From contig JBEPZY010000003.1 of the NCBI GenBank assembly GCA_041640595.1, positions 412,342 through 476,341 on the forward strand: a stretch of 64,000 bases of DNA, given 5' to 3'. Source of the stretch: Gemmatales bacterium. Its GTDB lineage: Bacteria; Planctomycetota; Planctomycetia; Gemmatales; HRBIN36. Both the position numbers and the translations under genes were made by a program. Below, piece after piece: positions 18,873 through 30,637 of this stretch (positions are counted from its first letter, which is position 1; each line of letters starts with the position of its first letter). Below the pieces are notes generated by a model. The model did not search any database. It was not told where the DNA came from and saw only the letters and a program-made list of their open reading frames with translations.

Positions 18873-19206
18873 GCAAGTCTGGGCACAACCCAGGTGCAGG
18901 CAGGCGAGGATTGCTTCGGGCTGGGCTGCCAGCGCAGCGCAGTGAGCCGATTTGCCATCGGCAGCACCAGGTTTTCCCGCAGTCCAAGCAACTATAGCTC
19001 ACGTTTTTCCGCAAAAAGTCGCTTTAGACGCGCTATTCGATACCTTTCGTGCTTCGATTACGCTCAGACCGAAAAAACCAGATGGCGGATGGAAAAAATT
19101 TCAGTTCGGTTGACGCTGGCAGTTCATCGGGCAGACTTGAATGACTGGTCGGGACGGCGACTTTGCCAACCGAGCCATTGCAACATCGGCTACAGGAGCG
19201 AACCCA

Positions 19207-19467
19207 ATGAAGCGCGTGGTGATTCTGGCCACAGCGGTGATGGTGATGAATGGCTGTGCGAGTTGCCCCTCGCATCCGTGGCTGAGCCGATTGTTTCGCC
19301 GCGATTGTCCGCCCGTGTTAGAAGCACCGCCTGCGACTTCCCTGACGGTGCCTGCTCCTGTGGTGACCGAAGCTCCCCCGCTACCGCCACCGCGAGTTTC
19401 GGAAATGATGCCGAGTCCCCGGCTGGCTCCCGAATATCCGGCTCCGCCCAATTCCCACCAGCCTTAG
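19207..19467 (+). CDS. Small Pro-rich putative lipoprotein
   Basis: AGGAG upstream; MKRVVILATAVMVMNG|C lipobox-like signal. Confidence 0.55.
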   Translation: MKRVVILATAVMVMNGCASCPSHPWLSRLFRRDCPPVLEAPPATSLTVPAPVVTEAPPLPPPRVSEMMPSPRLAPEYPAPPNSHQP

Positions 19468-19839
19468 TACCGTTTCGTGGACCGGACTGCACCTGTCTGC
19501 TCCGTGCTGGTGTGGCATCCTAGATCGCTTTAGTACCGTCCCGCGGGCTGACTTGCACCGAGTCGGTTCTGCAAGCGGTATCATTGATTCTCCGAACTCA
19601 TCGGCAAAGCGTATGTAACGGTGTCCGAGACCGGCACCGGTTGCAACCTTTTCGCCGCAGCCATTTGCAACTTTTTCGTTTGACGAACAGGGGCGAAGTT
19701 CGTACACTGCATCGGCGCTTTTACCCGGTTGGCGTCGCGGTTCCGGGGTGGGAAGTCGGACAAAGCCCGGCTAATCGCGGCCCATTTCCCTACCACTCCG
19801 GACTCGCCTTCGCCAGCAACCAAGGAGCAAAGAAAAGCT

Positions 19840-22560
19840 ATGGCGAAAAAATACGTCTATTTCTTCGGTGGCGGCAAAGCGGAAGGCACGGCCGAGATGC
19901 GCGATCTGCTCGGTGGCAAAGGGGCCAACCTCGCCGAGATGACCAACATTGGCCTGCCTGTGCCACCGGGCTTCACCATTACCACGGAAGTGTGCACTTA
20001 CTACTACGCTCACAATCGCACGTACCCGCCCGAACTCAAGGAGCAGGTGGATGCGGCGCTCAGGCGAGTCGAGGAACTGGTCGGGGCCCGTTACGGTGAC
20101 CCGAAAAACCCCCTGCTCGTTTCCTGCCGATCCGGGGCGCGGGCCAGCATGCCGGGCATGATGGATACCGTGCTCAATATCGGTTTGAATGACCGCACCG
20201 TTCAGGGGCTCATTGAGCAAACCAACAACGAACGTTTTGCCTGGGATGCCTATCGCCGGTTTGTCGCCATGTACGGCGACGTGGTGCTGGGACTCAAACC
20301 GCAGTCCAAGACCGAGATAGACCCGTTCGAAAAAATCCTCGAAGACATGAAACACCGTCGCGGTGTCCACTATGACACGGAGTTGACGACGGCCGATCTG
20401 AAGGAACTGGTGCGCTTGTTCAAGCAGGCGATTCGTGAACGGCTGGGCAAGGAGTTTCCCGAAGACCCGTATGAGCAGCTCTGGGGAGCGATCGGGGCGG
20501 TGTTCGGTTCCTGGATGAACGATCGGGCAGTGGTCTATCGCCGGCAATTCAACATTCCGCACGACTGGGGCACCGCCGCCAACGTCCAGGCGATGGTCTT
20601 CGGCAACATGGGCGAGGATTCATGCACCGGTGTGTGTTTTACCCGCGACCCGGCCACTGGAGAAAAGGTGCTCTACGGCGAGTATCTGACCAATGCTCAG
20701 GGTGAGGACGTAGTCGCCGGTATCCGCACGCCCAAGAAGATTGCCGAACTCAAGCACGAAATGCCGGCTGTTTACGAACAACTCGAACGCATCCGCGAGA
20801 TTCTCGAACGGCATTACCGCGATATGCAGGATATCGAGTTTACGGTGCAAAAAGGCAAGCTCTACATGCTGCAGACCCGCAACGGCAAGCGAACCGGTTT
20901 CGCGGCGGTTCGCATCGCCGTGGATATGGTGGACGAAGGTTTGATCACCAAGGAGGAAGCTCTCAATCGTGTCGAACCGGACGCGCTGAACCAGTTACTG
21001 CAGCCGATCTTCGACCCGGAGGCCAAACGCCGCGCTATCGCGGAAGGTCGCCTGCTGGCCAAGGGAATCAATGCCGGGCCTGGTGCAGCCACGGGCAGAA
21101 TCGTCATGCACGCCAGCGACGCGGAAGCCTGGACCCAGCGAGGTGAAAAGGTCATCCTGGTACGCCGCGAAACCAGCCCCGAAGATATCCGTGGCATGAC
21201 CGTAGCGCAGGGAATCCTGACCGCGTTCGGTGGCGCCAGCAGTCACGCTGCTCTGGTCAGTCGGCAGATGGGCAAAGTCTGCGTGGTCGGTTGTGGTGCG
21301 CTCAACATCAACTACGAAGCAGGCGAAATTCGCGTCGGCAACAGAGTGCTCCGCACCGGCGACTGGATCAGCATTGACGGATTCACCGGCGAAGTGCTGG
21401 AAGGTCAGGTGGCTACTCGACCCAGCGAGGTCGTGCAGGTGCTTTTGGAGAAAAGCCTCAAACCGGAACAGTCCCGCGTTTATCAGCAATTTGCGGAACT
21501 GATGGCCTGGGCCGACGAGAAACGCAAACTCGGTGTGCGCACCAACGCCGATCTGCCTAACCAGGCCGCTGAGGCTATCGCGTTCGGAGCCGAAGGAATC
21601 GGTTTGTGCCGCACCGAACACATGTTCTTCGAGGGCGACCGCATTGACGCCATGCGGGAAATGATCCTTGCCGAAACCACCGAGGATCGCCGCAAGGCAC
21701 TGGCGAAATTGTTGCCGTATCAGCGGGGCGATTTTGAGGGCATATTCCGCGTGATGCAGGGTCGTCCGGTGACCATCCGCACGCTTGACCCACCGTTGCA
21801 TGAGTTCTTGCCGCAGACGGAAGAAGAGCAGGCGAAACTGGCGAGCAAACTCGGCGTGCCGCTCGAAAAAGTGCAGCGGCGCGTCCGCGAATTGCACGAA
21901 TTCAACCCGATGCTTGGTCATCGTGGTTGCCGACTCGGTATCACCTACCCCGAAATCACCGAGATGCAATGCCGGGCCATTTTCGAGGCCGCCTGCAAAG
22001 TGCAAAAAGAAGGCATCCCGGTCGAACCGGAGATCATGATCCCGCTGGTCGGTTTCCCACGCGAGTTACAGGAGCAGGCGAAAATCGTTCATCAGGTGGC
22101 CGAGCAGGTCTTCCGCGAACAGGGCGTGCGTGTGCCTTACAAAGTCGGCACCATGATCGAAGTGCCGCGGGCCTGTGTCGTCGCGGATCAGATTGCCGCC
22201 GAAGCTCAATTTTTCAGTTTCGGCACCAACGACCTGACCCAGATGACCCTGGGCATGAGCCGCGACGATTACGGCGCTTTCATCCGCGAGTACATCGAAC
22301 GCGATATTGTGCCCCGCGATCCGTTCCAGACCATTGACACCGAGGGCGTGGGCGAGTTAATGCGCATGGCCGTGCAGAAGGGCCGCAGTAAACGCCCCGA
22401 CCTGAAAGTCGGCATCTGCGGTGAACATGGCGGCGATCCCGACACGGTCAAGTTCTGCCACAAAATTGGTCTGGATTACGTCTCCTGCTCGCCGCGACGT
22501 GTGCCGATTGCCCGACTCGCCGCTGCTCAGGCTGCTTTGAAAACCAGCAAGTCCGACTAA
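19840..22560 (+). CDS. ppdK: Pyruvate phosphate dikinase
   Basis: [27 protein letters not shown] phospho-His, [19 protein letters not shown]. Confidence 0.98.
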   Translation: MAKKYVYFFGGGKAEGTAEMRDLLGGKGANLAEMTNIGLPVPPGFTITTEVCTYYYAHNRTYPPELKEQVDAALRRVEELVGARYGDPKNPLLVSCRSGARASMPGMMDTVLNIGLNDRTVQGLIEQTNNERFAWDAYRRFVAMYGDVVLGLKPQSKTEIDPFEKILEDMKHRRGVHYDTELTTADLKELVRLFKQAIRERLGKEFPEDPYEQLWGAIGAVFGSWMNDRAVVYRRQFNIPHDWGTAANVQAMVFGNMGEDSCTGVCFTRDPATGEKVLYGEYLTNAQGEDVVAGIRTPKKIAELKHEMPAVYEQLERIREILERHYRDMQDIEFTVQKGKLYMLQTRNGKRTGFAAVRIAVDMVDEGLITKEEALNRVEPDALNQLLQPIFDPEAKRRAIAEGRLLAKGINAGPGAATGRIVMHASDAEAWTQRGEKVILVRRETSPEDIRGMTVAQGILTAFGGASSHAALVSRQMGKVCVVGCGALNINYEAGEIRVGNRVLRTGDWISIDGFTGEVLEGQVATRPSEVVQVLLEKSLKPEQSRVYQQFAELMAWADEKRKLGVRTNADLPNQAAEAIAFGAEGIGLCRTEHMFFEGDRIDAMREMILAETTEDRRKALAKLLPYQRGDFEGIFRVMQGRPVTIRTLDPPLHEFLPQTEEEQAKLASKLGVPLEKVQRRVRELHEFNPMLGHRGCRLGITYPEITEMQCRAIFEAACKVQKEGIPVEPEIMIPLVGFPRELQEQAKIVHQVAEQVFREQGVRVPYKVGTMIEVPRACVVADQIAAEAQFFSFGTNDLTQMTLGMSRDDYGAFIREYIERDIVPRDPFQTIDTEGVGELMRMAVQKGRSKRPDLKVGICGEHGGDPDTVKFCHKIGLDYVSCSPRRVPIARLAAAQAALKTSKSD

Positions 22561-23321
22561 TTTTCCCGGCTTTCAGGCAGACGGCGGGGCAGCTTGACCG
22601 TGAAAGTCGTACCGCGACCCACCAGGCTTTCGACACGAATACGGCCCTGGTGGGCTTCAATGATTTGCCGGCAGATGCTCAAACCCAACCCGGTCCCTCC
22701 CTGACCATTTTCGTCGGGCTGCCTGGTGGTGTAGAACGGCTCGAAAATGGTGCGTAATTTGTCCGCAGGAATACCGACGCCCGTATCCTGGATGACAATC
22801 TCCACCATGTCGGTCTGCGGATTTTCGCGTACCTGCACCGTGAGTTGTCCACCTTGCGGCATAGCCTGCCGAGCATTGAGGATCAGGTTGAGCAGCAGTT
22901 GCTGGATCTGCCCGGGGACCACGGGAGCCTGAGGTCGGCCCTGATAATTCTTTTCCAGGCGGATTTTATGACGCTGCAGGTCGCGTTCGGTGAGGGCGAG
23001 TACCTCCTCGACCAGCGCGACGATGTCGGTCATCTCCCGACGCAGATTGTTTTTGCGGAGCAATCCCAGCAAACTGAGCGTGATGGTCATGCCGCGCTGA
23101 CTGGCCTTGAGAATCCGTTCGAGAGCGTCGCGGCGTTCCTCATCGGAGTCGGCCTGCAAACCCAGCCGCGCGAAATTCACAATCGTGGTCAGCAGGTTGT
23201 TGAACTCGTGGGTGATGCTCGAGGTGAGCAAACCGATCTGGCTGAGCATTTGCAGCCGTGCTATCTGCTGGCGTAGCTGTTCGACTTCCGTCGCTGGAGA
23301 TTCCTGCACGGAAGTGGTCAT
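22557..23321 (-). CDS. Sensor-less histidine kinase (HisKA + HATPase)
   Basis: [36 protein letters not shown]. Confidence 0.9.
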   Translation of the reverse strand: MTTSVQESPATEVEQLRQQIARLQMLSQIGLLTSSITHEFNNLLTTIVNFARLGLQADSDEERRDALERILKASQRGMTITLSLLGLLRKNNLRREMTDIVALVEEVLALTERDLQRHKIRLEKNYQGRPQAPVVPGQIQQLLLNLILNARQAMPQGGQLTVQVRENPQTDMVEIVIQDTGVGIPADKLRTIFEPFYTTRQPDENGQGGTGLGLSICRQIIEAHQGRIRVESLVGRGTTFTVKLPRRLPESREN

Positions 23322-24027
23322 GCCGGTTCGCCTCCTTGCCCGCAGGGGGACGCCGCAACTTTCCCCCGGCTGGTTTTCCACCAGCCGCATCCGCGCTTTG
23401 ATCCGGGTCAGATTGCCGACTGGCATAGGTATCGGTTGCCCGGCAAGGCGAACTTCACCGCAACTCTCGGTGGCAGCGCTTGTTAAGACAAGAAGCTGGA
23501 CGAAAGTGGCGAGAATGAAATCACTGGGGCTGGTTGCAGCCGACTAAGCCAACTATTGCCTCTGGCGAGATGCGGTAAAAGAGACAATCTGCCATGGCCT
23601 TACTGCCGTCCGGACGGAATCGTTTGTGCGGGCTGCTCTTTGGGTCCCGCAGCATCTCCGTCTGGCTGGAACATGCCTCTACCAGGTGGACACGGAGCCT
23701 CGGGGCACCAGAGGGTCTCCATTTCCGTCGCGCTGGAAGATCGCCCTTGTGTGTCAGCCGATAAGCCTGACTGTAGCCAAGCAACCAACCCGCTATTTCC
23801 GTCGCGCTAAAAGATTGCCCTTCCGTGGCGTGCTTTGGTGCCTGCAAAACAATGAAAGGTTGACGCGGATGCGACAGCTTCCCCGGCGTGTCTTGCCGCC
23901 CAGGAAGTGAACCGACCAGCGGCAACGCATTTACCAAATCCCGGCTGACTGACACCGACCGCTCTTGAATGGACATGCGAAAGCCGCGCGAAATACACGT
24001 TTCCATGTGCAATCGCGTCGCACACGC

Positions 24028-24701
24028 CACGGGGGGCTTACGCCCCCCGCTCCTGGTGCTGTTGCAACGACCGTTCGCCGGAAAGAATGGCGATTTCTGC
24101 GGTGCACAAACGCATATTCCCAGGAGCGTCGCACGTCAGTCCGCCGTGGGTGTGATTATCGTGCTTGCAAGGGGAAACGATTTCGTCATCAGCGGGTACG
24201 GTCATGAACGAGAGCGTCGCACGTCAGCCCGCTGTGGGTGTGGCCGGGCGAGTGTTGTCGGTAATGTGCTGGAAACGCACCTGTAAGCGCGTTTGCGAAA
24301 CCACGGGGGGCTTACGCCCCCCGCTCCTGGTGCTGTTGCAACGACCGTTCGCCGGAAAGAATGGCGATTTCTGCGGTGCACAAACGCATATTCCCAGGAG
24401 CGTCGCACGTCAGCCCGCCGTGGGTGTGAGTGTCGCGCTTGCAGCGGGAAACGATTTCGGGATGACCGGCTATGGTCATGAGCAAGAGCGGCGGGCGTCA
24501 GCCCGCCGTGGGCTGCAAACCGCATCTCCAACAGCAATGCGATGAATTTCCGCGTTTCGAGTTCGCATGCGGAGGGTATTCCACGGGGGGCTTACGCCCC
24601 CCGCTCCTGGTGCTGTTGCAACGACCGTTCGCCGGAAAGAATGCCGATTTTTGCGGTGCACAAACGCATATTCGCAAGAGCGGCGGGCGTCAGCCCGCCG
24701 T
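24028..24701. repeat. REP/REPIN cluster 1
   Basis: CACGGGGGGCTTACGCCCCCCGCTC at 24028, 24302 and 24582, each followed by a conserved linker and an inverted GAGCGGCGGGCGTCAGCCCGCCGTG-type palindrome. Confidence 0.9.
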
Positions 24702-24757
24702 TTTTTGTTAGCACGGTCGTAGAGCCGTTCGGTCAGCGGCAAGCAAGCCGTCGCCTG

Positions 24758-24920
24758 TTCGGCAGGATTGCCGCATCGCCGCTGGGCCAGCGAAACGAAA
24801 ACACACCCAACGCCGACTAAGCCGTCACCCATTCGGCAGGATTGCCGCATCGCCGCTGGGCCAGCGAAACGAAAACACACCCAACGCCGGCTAAGCGGTC
24901 GCCCATTCGGCAAGATTGAC
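24758..24920. repeat. 74-bp tandem duplication
   Basis: TTCGGCAGGATTGCCGCATCGCCGCTGGGCCAGCGAAACGAAAACACACCCAACGCCG at 24758 and 24832, partial copy at 24906. Confidence 0.9.
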
Positions 24921-25168
24921 GCTTCGCCAGGTTTGCCAGCCTTTGTTTCTGTGATGTTGACTTCCTTGAGCGGTTGCCCATGCGACAAGACTGCCGTTTT
25001 GCCAGTGTCAGCGTGGTCTTTTGTCGGAAATAAGGCTGCGTGCAGCGCGAGTGAATCCAGACTGGACAAAGGCCCGCGGGAGCAGATCGGTTTCTTCGGC
25101 AGCTGAACGTCCTATTTCATGTCGCGGCGATCTCCAATATGCTTCTCACCAGAGCCGCTGGCCCAGGA

Positions 25169-25476
25169 TCAACGCTCATGGCAATCGCTGCGATGCAGGG
25201 ACATTGCCGTCGCTGAGCTGGTCCCCGCTTACAGCTCACGCTCGTCCCAATCGCTGCGATGCAGGGGAGACTTTTGCGCTCGCTTTTGTCCGTGGGGCAT
25301 GTGTCACGCCGACCGCAATCGCTGCGATGCACGAGCATTGCTTCCACCCGGCTTGTCGCTGATGACAGGTCGCAGTCATCGGAATCGCCGCAATGCAGGG
25401 GGCAATGATAATGGCCTGGCCGCTGATGAAAACAGGGGACTCCTGCGAATCAGAATCGCCACAATTCCGGCGCGAT
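25169..25476. CRISPR. Degenerate CRISPR-like array (5 repeats, unique spacers)
   Basis: Core AATCGCTGCGATGCA at 25183, 25249, 25317 with decayed copies at 25383 and 25454; periods 66/68/66/71; no adjacent cas genes. Confidence 0.4.
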
Positions 25477-25555
25477 TGCGAGCCCGGCGGTTAGCGACAA
25501 CCTGAACCGCTCGCTCATCGGGATCGCTACCCAGAGGGTAATTGGGGAAATAGCC

Positions 25556-26302
25556 GTGGCTTCGCTGTCGGTCTGGTTGCAGCAGCGCTTTCGTGAACTG
25601 TTATTCGGGGTGCGAGATTTCGTCTTTCCCCCGATTTGCTGGCTATGCGGTCAGGTCATGGAAACCGAGCCGGATTTTTGCCGTTCCTGCCAGGAGAGAT
25701 TTCGAGAATCTTACCGTCGCGCCTGCTGGCGTTGTGGGCGGAGTGTGGGGCCATTTGCCGATACTTCGGGCGGTTGTGATCGGTGTGCGGGAGAGCATTA
25801 TCCGTTCCGGTCGGTGCGGCGGTTAGGGCGATACGAAGGCGTGCTGCGTGAGGCCATTCTGAAAATCAAGCATTTGAACGGCGAAGGACTGGCCGTGGCA
25901 TTAGGCCGATTGCTGGGTCAGATGTTAGCCCAGACCGATTGTCCGTGCGACGCGGTGGTTCCTGTGCCGTTACACTGGCTTCGCTACTGGCAACGCGGTT
26001 ACAATCAAGCCCAGGCCATCGCGGAAGGGATCGCCCAGGTGCTGGGTAAACCGGTTCTGCCACGATTGCTGCGCCGCCAGCGTTATACGCCCAGCCAGCC
26101 AAACCAGCCGGTAACCAGGCGTGAGGAGAATTTACGGGGCGCGTTCGCTTTAGGGCGGGGAGCGTCGCATCTGCCCTCGGCGATCTTGCTTGTGGACGAT
26201 GTGATGACCACGGGCAGCACCTTGCGGGAAGCGGCCCGAGTGTTGCGTTCTGCCGGGGTGCGACAAATCCATGTCGCGGTTCTGGCCAGAGCCGAACACT
26301 GA
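25556..26302 (+). CDS. comF: ComF-family protein (zinc ribbon + PRTase)
   Basis: Four CxxC pairs, VPVPLH..RGYNQA, LLVDDVMTTGST. Confidence 0.9.
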   Translation: MASLSVWLQQRFRELLFGVRDFVFPPICWLCGQVMETEPDFCRSCQERFRESYRRACWRCGRSVGPFADTSGGCDRCAGEHYPFRSVRRLGRYEGVLREAILKIKHLNGEGLAVALGRLLGQMLAQTDCPCDAVVPVPLHWLRYWQRGYNQAQAIAEGIAQVLGKPVLPRLLRRQRYTPSQPNQPVTRREENLRGAFALGRGASHLPSAILLVDDVMTTGSTLREAARVLRSAGVRQIHVAVLARAEH

Positions 26303-26799
26303 ATCGGAATGAGTGACACCGAGCAGTCCGCCCGGCAGACGAGGGCGCGGTCGCGCCCAGGAAATTCGCTGATGTTTGGCGACGCAGCGGAAACTACGTT
26401 GCAGGCGCAGCTGCACCTTCGCGGGACGAATCGGCTTTTGTGCACTGCTGAGCCACGGCGAAAGAAATCCGGCAAAAAGAGAAAACTGTAGGGGGCAAAA
26501 TCTTCGTGGGCAAATGAAATCGAGGTCGGCAAATGCTGGCGCAGTTTCTGGAGTTTACTTCTGTTTGCCAGGCCGCGAATTTTGTGCCTGTCGTGCAACC
26601 GTTGCGATGCGCATTATGCCGAGTTTGTCGCAGGCATTTTTGCTCAAGTCGCAGGTGCGCAGCGTTGACACTGCCTCGGGCCAAAAGTAAACTTCAGGCG
26701 AACTCGGCAAGCTCCGGGCGGTCGTGAAACAAGCTTCTCCACACCATCCTTTTCGGCCGCGAATCACCCAGCCGACAGCGCGGCCCAGCGGGGTCCGGC

Positions 26800-27558
26800 A
26801 TGCACACCTATCAGCTCTACCAGCAACTGGCCGCAGCTTCTCAGACGCCGGAAAGCGGATTTTACCTCTCGGAATTATCCACACCGGCGCGCTGGCCGTT
26901 ACTGACCTTCCTGCCCACAGCTTACGAACCAGGCTATGCCTATCCGTTGCTGGTGTTTTTGCACGGTCGCGGTGGCAGCGAACGCCAGTTGATCCCCTGG
27001 ATGCCAGCTCTGTCGCAGCGCAATTATGTGGCGATCGCTTTGCGTGGCCTGCAAATGGTTCGTTGCGGCAAGTGCCGGCGTGGAGCTGCTTCGGTCGGCT
27101 TGCGGTCGCAGCCTGGTTACACCTGGCGACTACCGGCCAGCGCAGATGGTGCTATCGAAGAGTATGTGTTCGAAGCCATCGCCCAGACGCAACAACGTCT
27201 GCATATTCACCCGCAACGCATTTTCCTGATGGGTTTCTGCGAGGGTGCAGAAGTGGCGTATCGGCTGGCGTTGCGGTATCCGGAGCGGTTTGGCGGGCTG
27301 GTGGTGCTGAACGGGGCGTTGCCATCGTGCCGACCTTTGTTGCGATTGCCCCAGGCTCGCCAGCTGTCGGTCTTTATCGCCCACGGCATCGCCAATGCCG
27401 TCTTACCGTTATCCGCCGCACGGCAAGCAGCTTCCCTGCTGTACACGGCCGGGCTCAACGTGCAGTTTCGCGTTTATCCCACCACTCACCGGCTCCATCC
27501 GGCCATGTGGCAGGATGCCAACCGCTGGCTGATGCAACTGATCACCGCCCGACCGTAA
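26800..27558 (+). CDS. Alpha/beta hydrolase, phospholipase/carboxylesterase-like
   Basis: PLLVFLHGRGG, RIFLMGFCEGA, FIAHGIAN, TTHRL. Confidence 0.8.
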   Translation: MHTYQLYQQLAAASQTPESGFYLSELSTPARWPLLTFLPTAYEPGYAYPLLVFLHGRGGSERQLIPWMPALSQRNYVAIALRGLQMVRCGKCRRGAASVGLRSQPGYTWRLPASADGAIEEYVFEAIAQTQQRLHIHPQRIFLMGFCEGAEVAYRLALRYPERFGGLVVLNGALPSCRPLLRLPQARQLSVFIAHGIANAVLPLSAARQAASLLYTAGLNVQFRVYPTTHRLHPAMWQDANRWLMQLITARP

Positions 27559-27919
27559 TCGCTGGCCATTTATGGCGAGCGTTCGTGAGGCTACCGCGCG
27601 TGGCCACTTGTTACTTACGAGCATTGCCCGCCGCGTCATGGGCGTTTGCAACCTTGTCCGTCTGCGTTAAGAGACGTATTCCAGGTCTCTGCCGCACGGT
27701 GCAAACAAGCCCTGCTGTGTGGGAACTAAAACGCTGCCAGGTTCGTCAAAAAGCTAAGACCGGGGGACTGCTGCCGAGCTTGGCGATCTTTGCCGGGGTT
27801 TTTAGCAAATCCGCAGGAACCAGCATCGCTGTCCGCTATCGTGCCAGGCGATAACCGGACGATTTAGCCGCCTCTCCGATCAATCCCATACGTAACAAAC
27901 CAACCACCGTGGGTCATCT

Positions 27920-30562
27920 ATGCGAAAGCTGGGAGCTATTTTTTGCGTTGTCGCTGTCGTAGTTGCCGCCCGCGATGAGGCTTCTGGCTCGAAGCCGGAC
28001 TATGTTATGCTGGACATGTTCGAAGTAGCGCCTGGCTGGAAGGTGCGGATGGCGGCGAGTGATGGCATGGTTCACTGGGTCGGCAGTTTGGCGTTCGATC
28101 GGCACGGAAATGCCTGGCTCGTCGAGAAAAGCGAAACGGGCAGCCGACTTTGCCGGCTTACCGATACCGACAACGACGGCGTTTATGACCGGCGCGACGA
28201 AATTCGCCTGTCCATTCCTCGCCCCGTCAGCGTCGCAGTCTGGGGCGATTGGCTTTATCTGGTCGGCGATGGGCAGTTGAAGCGCTGGCGAATTGGGACA
28301 AACGGAACCGGCCAGCCGAAAAGGATGCCTTTAGAGGAACCGAAAGAGACCCTGCTCGAAGGCCTGGGAGCTGGGCCAGCGTTTTTGAGTGTGTCGGCTG
28401 CCGGCGTGTACGTGCGTGGTCGCGGCAATGGCATTCGGCAACCGGGCCGGCCAGCGAATGGGCCCCGAAGCGAGGATGCCGTCTTGCTGCTTCCGCATGA
28501 ATCAGGCACAATTCGCTGGCTCGCTTCGAGTCAGACGACTTCCGTCGCACCCATAGCCGTTGACCCGACCGGAAATATCTGGCTCGTTCACGAAACGACA
28601 AACCGCCAGGTGCAGTTGCTTCGCTGGCAGGCGAATACGGAAACATTTTCGCCAATTGGTCGGCATCACCCCAGCGAATTGCCCGTAGCGAATGGCGAAA
28701 CTCAGCGCGATTCGGGTACCAGACCGGCGGGTCGGACAGAAGCTTCGACAGCCGAAGCGGAATCTGCGCCCGCGTTCGGACAAGGCGAATTCGGAGAAAT
28801 GTTGCCCGTTCCGCCCCGAATCCGCACGCCTTTGCCGTCAACGGTGATCGGTCTGGTCGGGGTTTACCACAGTCCCAACGAGGAGGCCCCAACGAACTGG
28901 TTGTGGGCGAGGGCCTGGCCGCCCGCTTTAGTTGGCCTTTCCGAGAAAGACGCACCGACCTTGCTCGTCAGCGTGAAACCTTCTTTCCGGGCGTCGGTGA
29001 TTTTCACCGCACTGGCCAGTGATCGGCAAGGAAATATCTACCTGGCCGGTTGCTATCGTTTGCCTGCAAACCAGGAGCGTGGTTTCCTGGTTCGCCTCGA
29101 GCCACCGCAGGGGCAATCCCAAGCAAAATCTCCCGACGATCTCAGTCGGCTGGAAGAAAGGCAATTGCTGGAGCATCTGGTCCGAGCCCATCCTGCGGAA
29201 TTATTGGCGGTGCAGGAGGAAATTTATCGGCGGGGCAAAACGATTCTTCCCGCACTGGTCAGCCTGGCCGAAAGCTTGACGGCAAACGAGCACCCTGCCG
29301 ACACCGCTTCGCCGAGAGCCAGCGTGCGTGTTCTGCAATTGCTGGCGGCATTGCGAAGCGGTCAGGGCGGAAATTTACCGCCGCAGCTAGCCGACTCAAT
29401 TCGCCGGCTGGGAATGACACTCGTTCGTCACAACTCGCCCGAACTGGTGCTGGCGGGCATCGCGCTACTCCGTGGCGATACCAGCGAATCCGCACAGGCA
29501 GCGCTGGTGCAGTTGCTCGAGGATCGAGCGATCCGGGTGCGGCAGGCAGCTGTACTGGCACTGGCCGAGATCGGCAGTGCTGAGGTAGCGGCGACGCTGG
29601 CCAACTTCTTACGGTTTTACGATGGCCGCGAACCGGACTGGCTGGCCACCCTGGCGCGCGGATTGGAATGGTGCGGCGAATCGGGACTGGCGGCATTATG
29701 GGAACTGGCGAACTCCGGTTCGGCCAGCGAACTGGCGCACGCCCTTGCTGCCTGGACCCGGCTACGCTCTGCCCGGGCACTGGAATATGTCGGAAAATGG
29801 CTTGAGCATCCGCATCTCAACGACGAGCAGCGCCGCTCTATTCTGGTCTGGTGGTCGCTGGGTGCACGCCAGTACCCGGCCGATGTTCGACCGATCCGGA
29901 ACTGGCTGGCAAAGCAGGACCATCCGGCTCCGGCTTTGCTTGCTGCCGCATTGCAAGCCTTAGCGGTGCAGGCTGCCGAAGAGGGTTTCGCTGTCGGCCA
30001 GCTGGCAGCGAAATGGTTAGACCACGACGATCTGTCGGTTCGTCTGGCAGCGATGAGTTGTTTGCGATCTACGCGAGAGCTGGCTGTGGAAACGATTTTG
30101 TTACGTCGGGTTCATGAAAATGCCCGTTCGCCGCAGGAACGCTTGCTGGCCGCCGAGGTGTTGCTGGCCCAGCGTTCGACAAAAATACCCCCGGTGCTGC
30201 TCGAGCTGCTGGTGGATCGGTCTCAAACACCGGCTCTGCGCGAGCAAGTGGCGGTCTTGCTCCTCCGCTATGGCGACGAGACGCTTCGTCAGCAATGCCT
30301 GGCTCGATTGCGGGATTGGCCTGCCGATATGTGGCAGGTCCTCCTGCACCATCTGCGACCGGAAAAGGATTTATTGCTCCACCTGGCCCAGCGCTATCGA
30401 AACGGTAATGTTATACCGGAAGAAGCGAGCCTGCCGTGGTACTGGAGAATTGCCCTGGCCCGTCCGGTGGGACTGAAAGAAGCCCTTATCGAAGCGCTGG
30501 GCGTCTGGTGTGCGGACGACCCTGCTGCCTGGAGAGCACTGGGGAACCTGAGCCTGCAATAA
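27920..30562 (+). CDS. Secreted beta-propeller/HEAT-repeat protein
   Basis: Signal peptide, LTDTDNDGVYD propeller motif, VRQAAVLALAEIG and VRLAAMSCL HEAT-like repeats. Confidence 0.7.
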   Translation: MRKLGAIFCVVAVVVAARDEASGSKPDYVMLDMFEVAPGWKVRMAASDGMVHWVGSLAFDRHGNAWLVEKSETGSRLCRLTDTDNDGVYDRRDEIRLSIPRPVSVAVWGDWLYLVGDGQLKRWRIGTNGTGQPKRMPLEEPKETLLEGLGAGPAFLSVSAAGVYVRGRGNGIRQPGRPANGPRSEDAVLLLPHESGTIRWLASSQTTSVAPIAVDPTGNIWLVHETTNRQVQLLRWQANTETFSPIGRHHPSELPVANGETQRDSGTRPAGRTEASTAEAESAPAFGQGEFGEMLPVPPRIRTPLPSTVIGLVGVYHSPNEEAPTNWLWARAWPPALVGLSEKDAPTLLVSVKPSFRASVIFTALASDRQGNIYLAGCYRLPANQERGFLVRLEPPQGQSQAKSPDDLSRLEERQLLEHLVRAHPAELLAVQEEIYRRGKTILPALVSLAESLTANEHPADTASPRASVRVLQLLAALRSGQGGNLPPQLADSIRRLGMTLVRHNSPELVLAGIALLRGDTSESAQAALVQLLEDRAIRVRQAAVLALAEIGSAEVAATLANFLRFYDGREPDWLATLARGLEWCGESGLAALWELANSGSASELAHALAAWTRLRSARALEYVGKWLEHPHLNDEQRRSILVWWSLGARQYPADVRPIRNWLAKQDHPAPALLAAALQALAVQAAEEGFAVGQLAAKWLDHDDLSVRLAAMSCLRSTRELAVETILLRRVHENARSPQERLLAAEVLLAQRSTKIPPVLLELLVDRSQTPALREQVAVLLLRYGDETLRQQCLARLRDWPADMWQVLLHHLRPEKDLLLHLAQRYRNGNVIPEEASLPWYWRIALARPVGLKEALIEALGVWCADDPAAWRALGNLSLQ

Positions 30563-30637
30563 CCCAGCGTGGTCTTCGTCTGGTCGCCAGGATCGGGACG
30601 CAAAACGCTGGCCCGACCATAAGCTTTGGAGAACGAT

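Noticed and set aside
23521..25069. Several small overlapping ORFs
   Set aside because: No motifs; they overlap REP and tandem repeats
26302..26800. Possible sigma-54 promoter or ncRNA in a long intergenic gap
   Set aside because: Only imperfect -24/-12 matches and no recognisable RNA family
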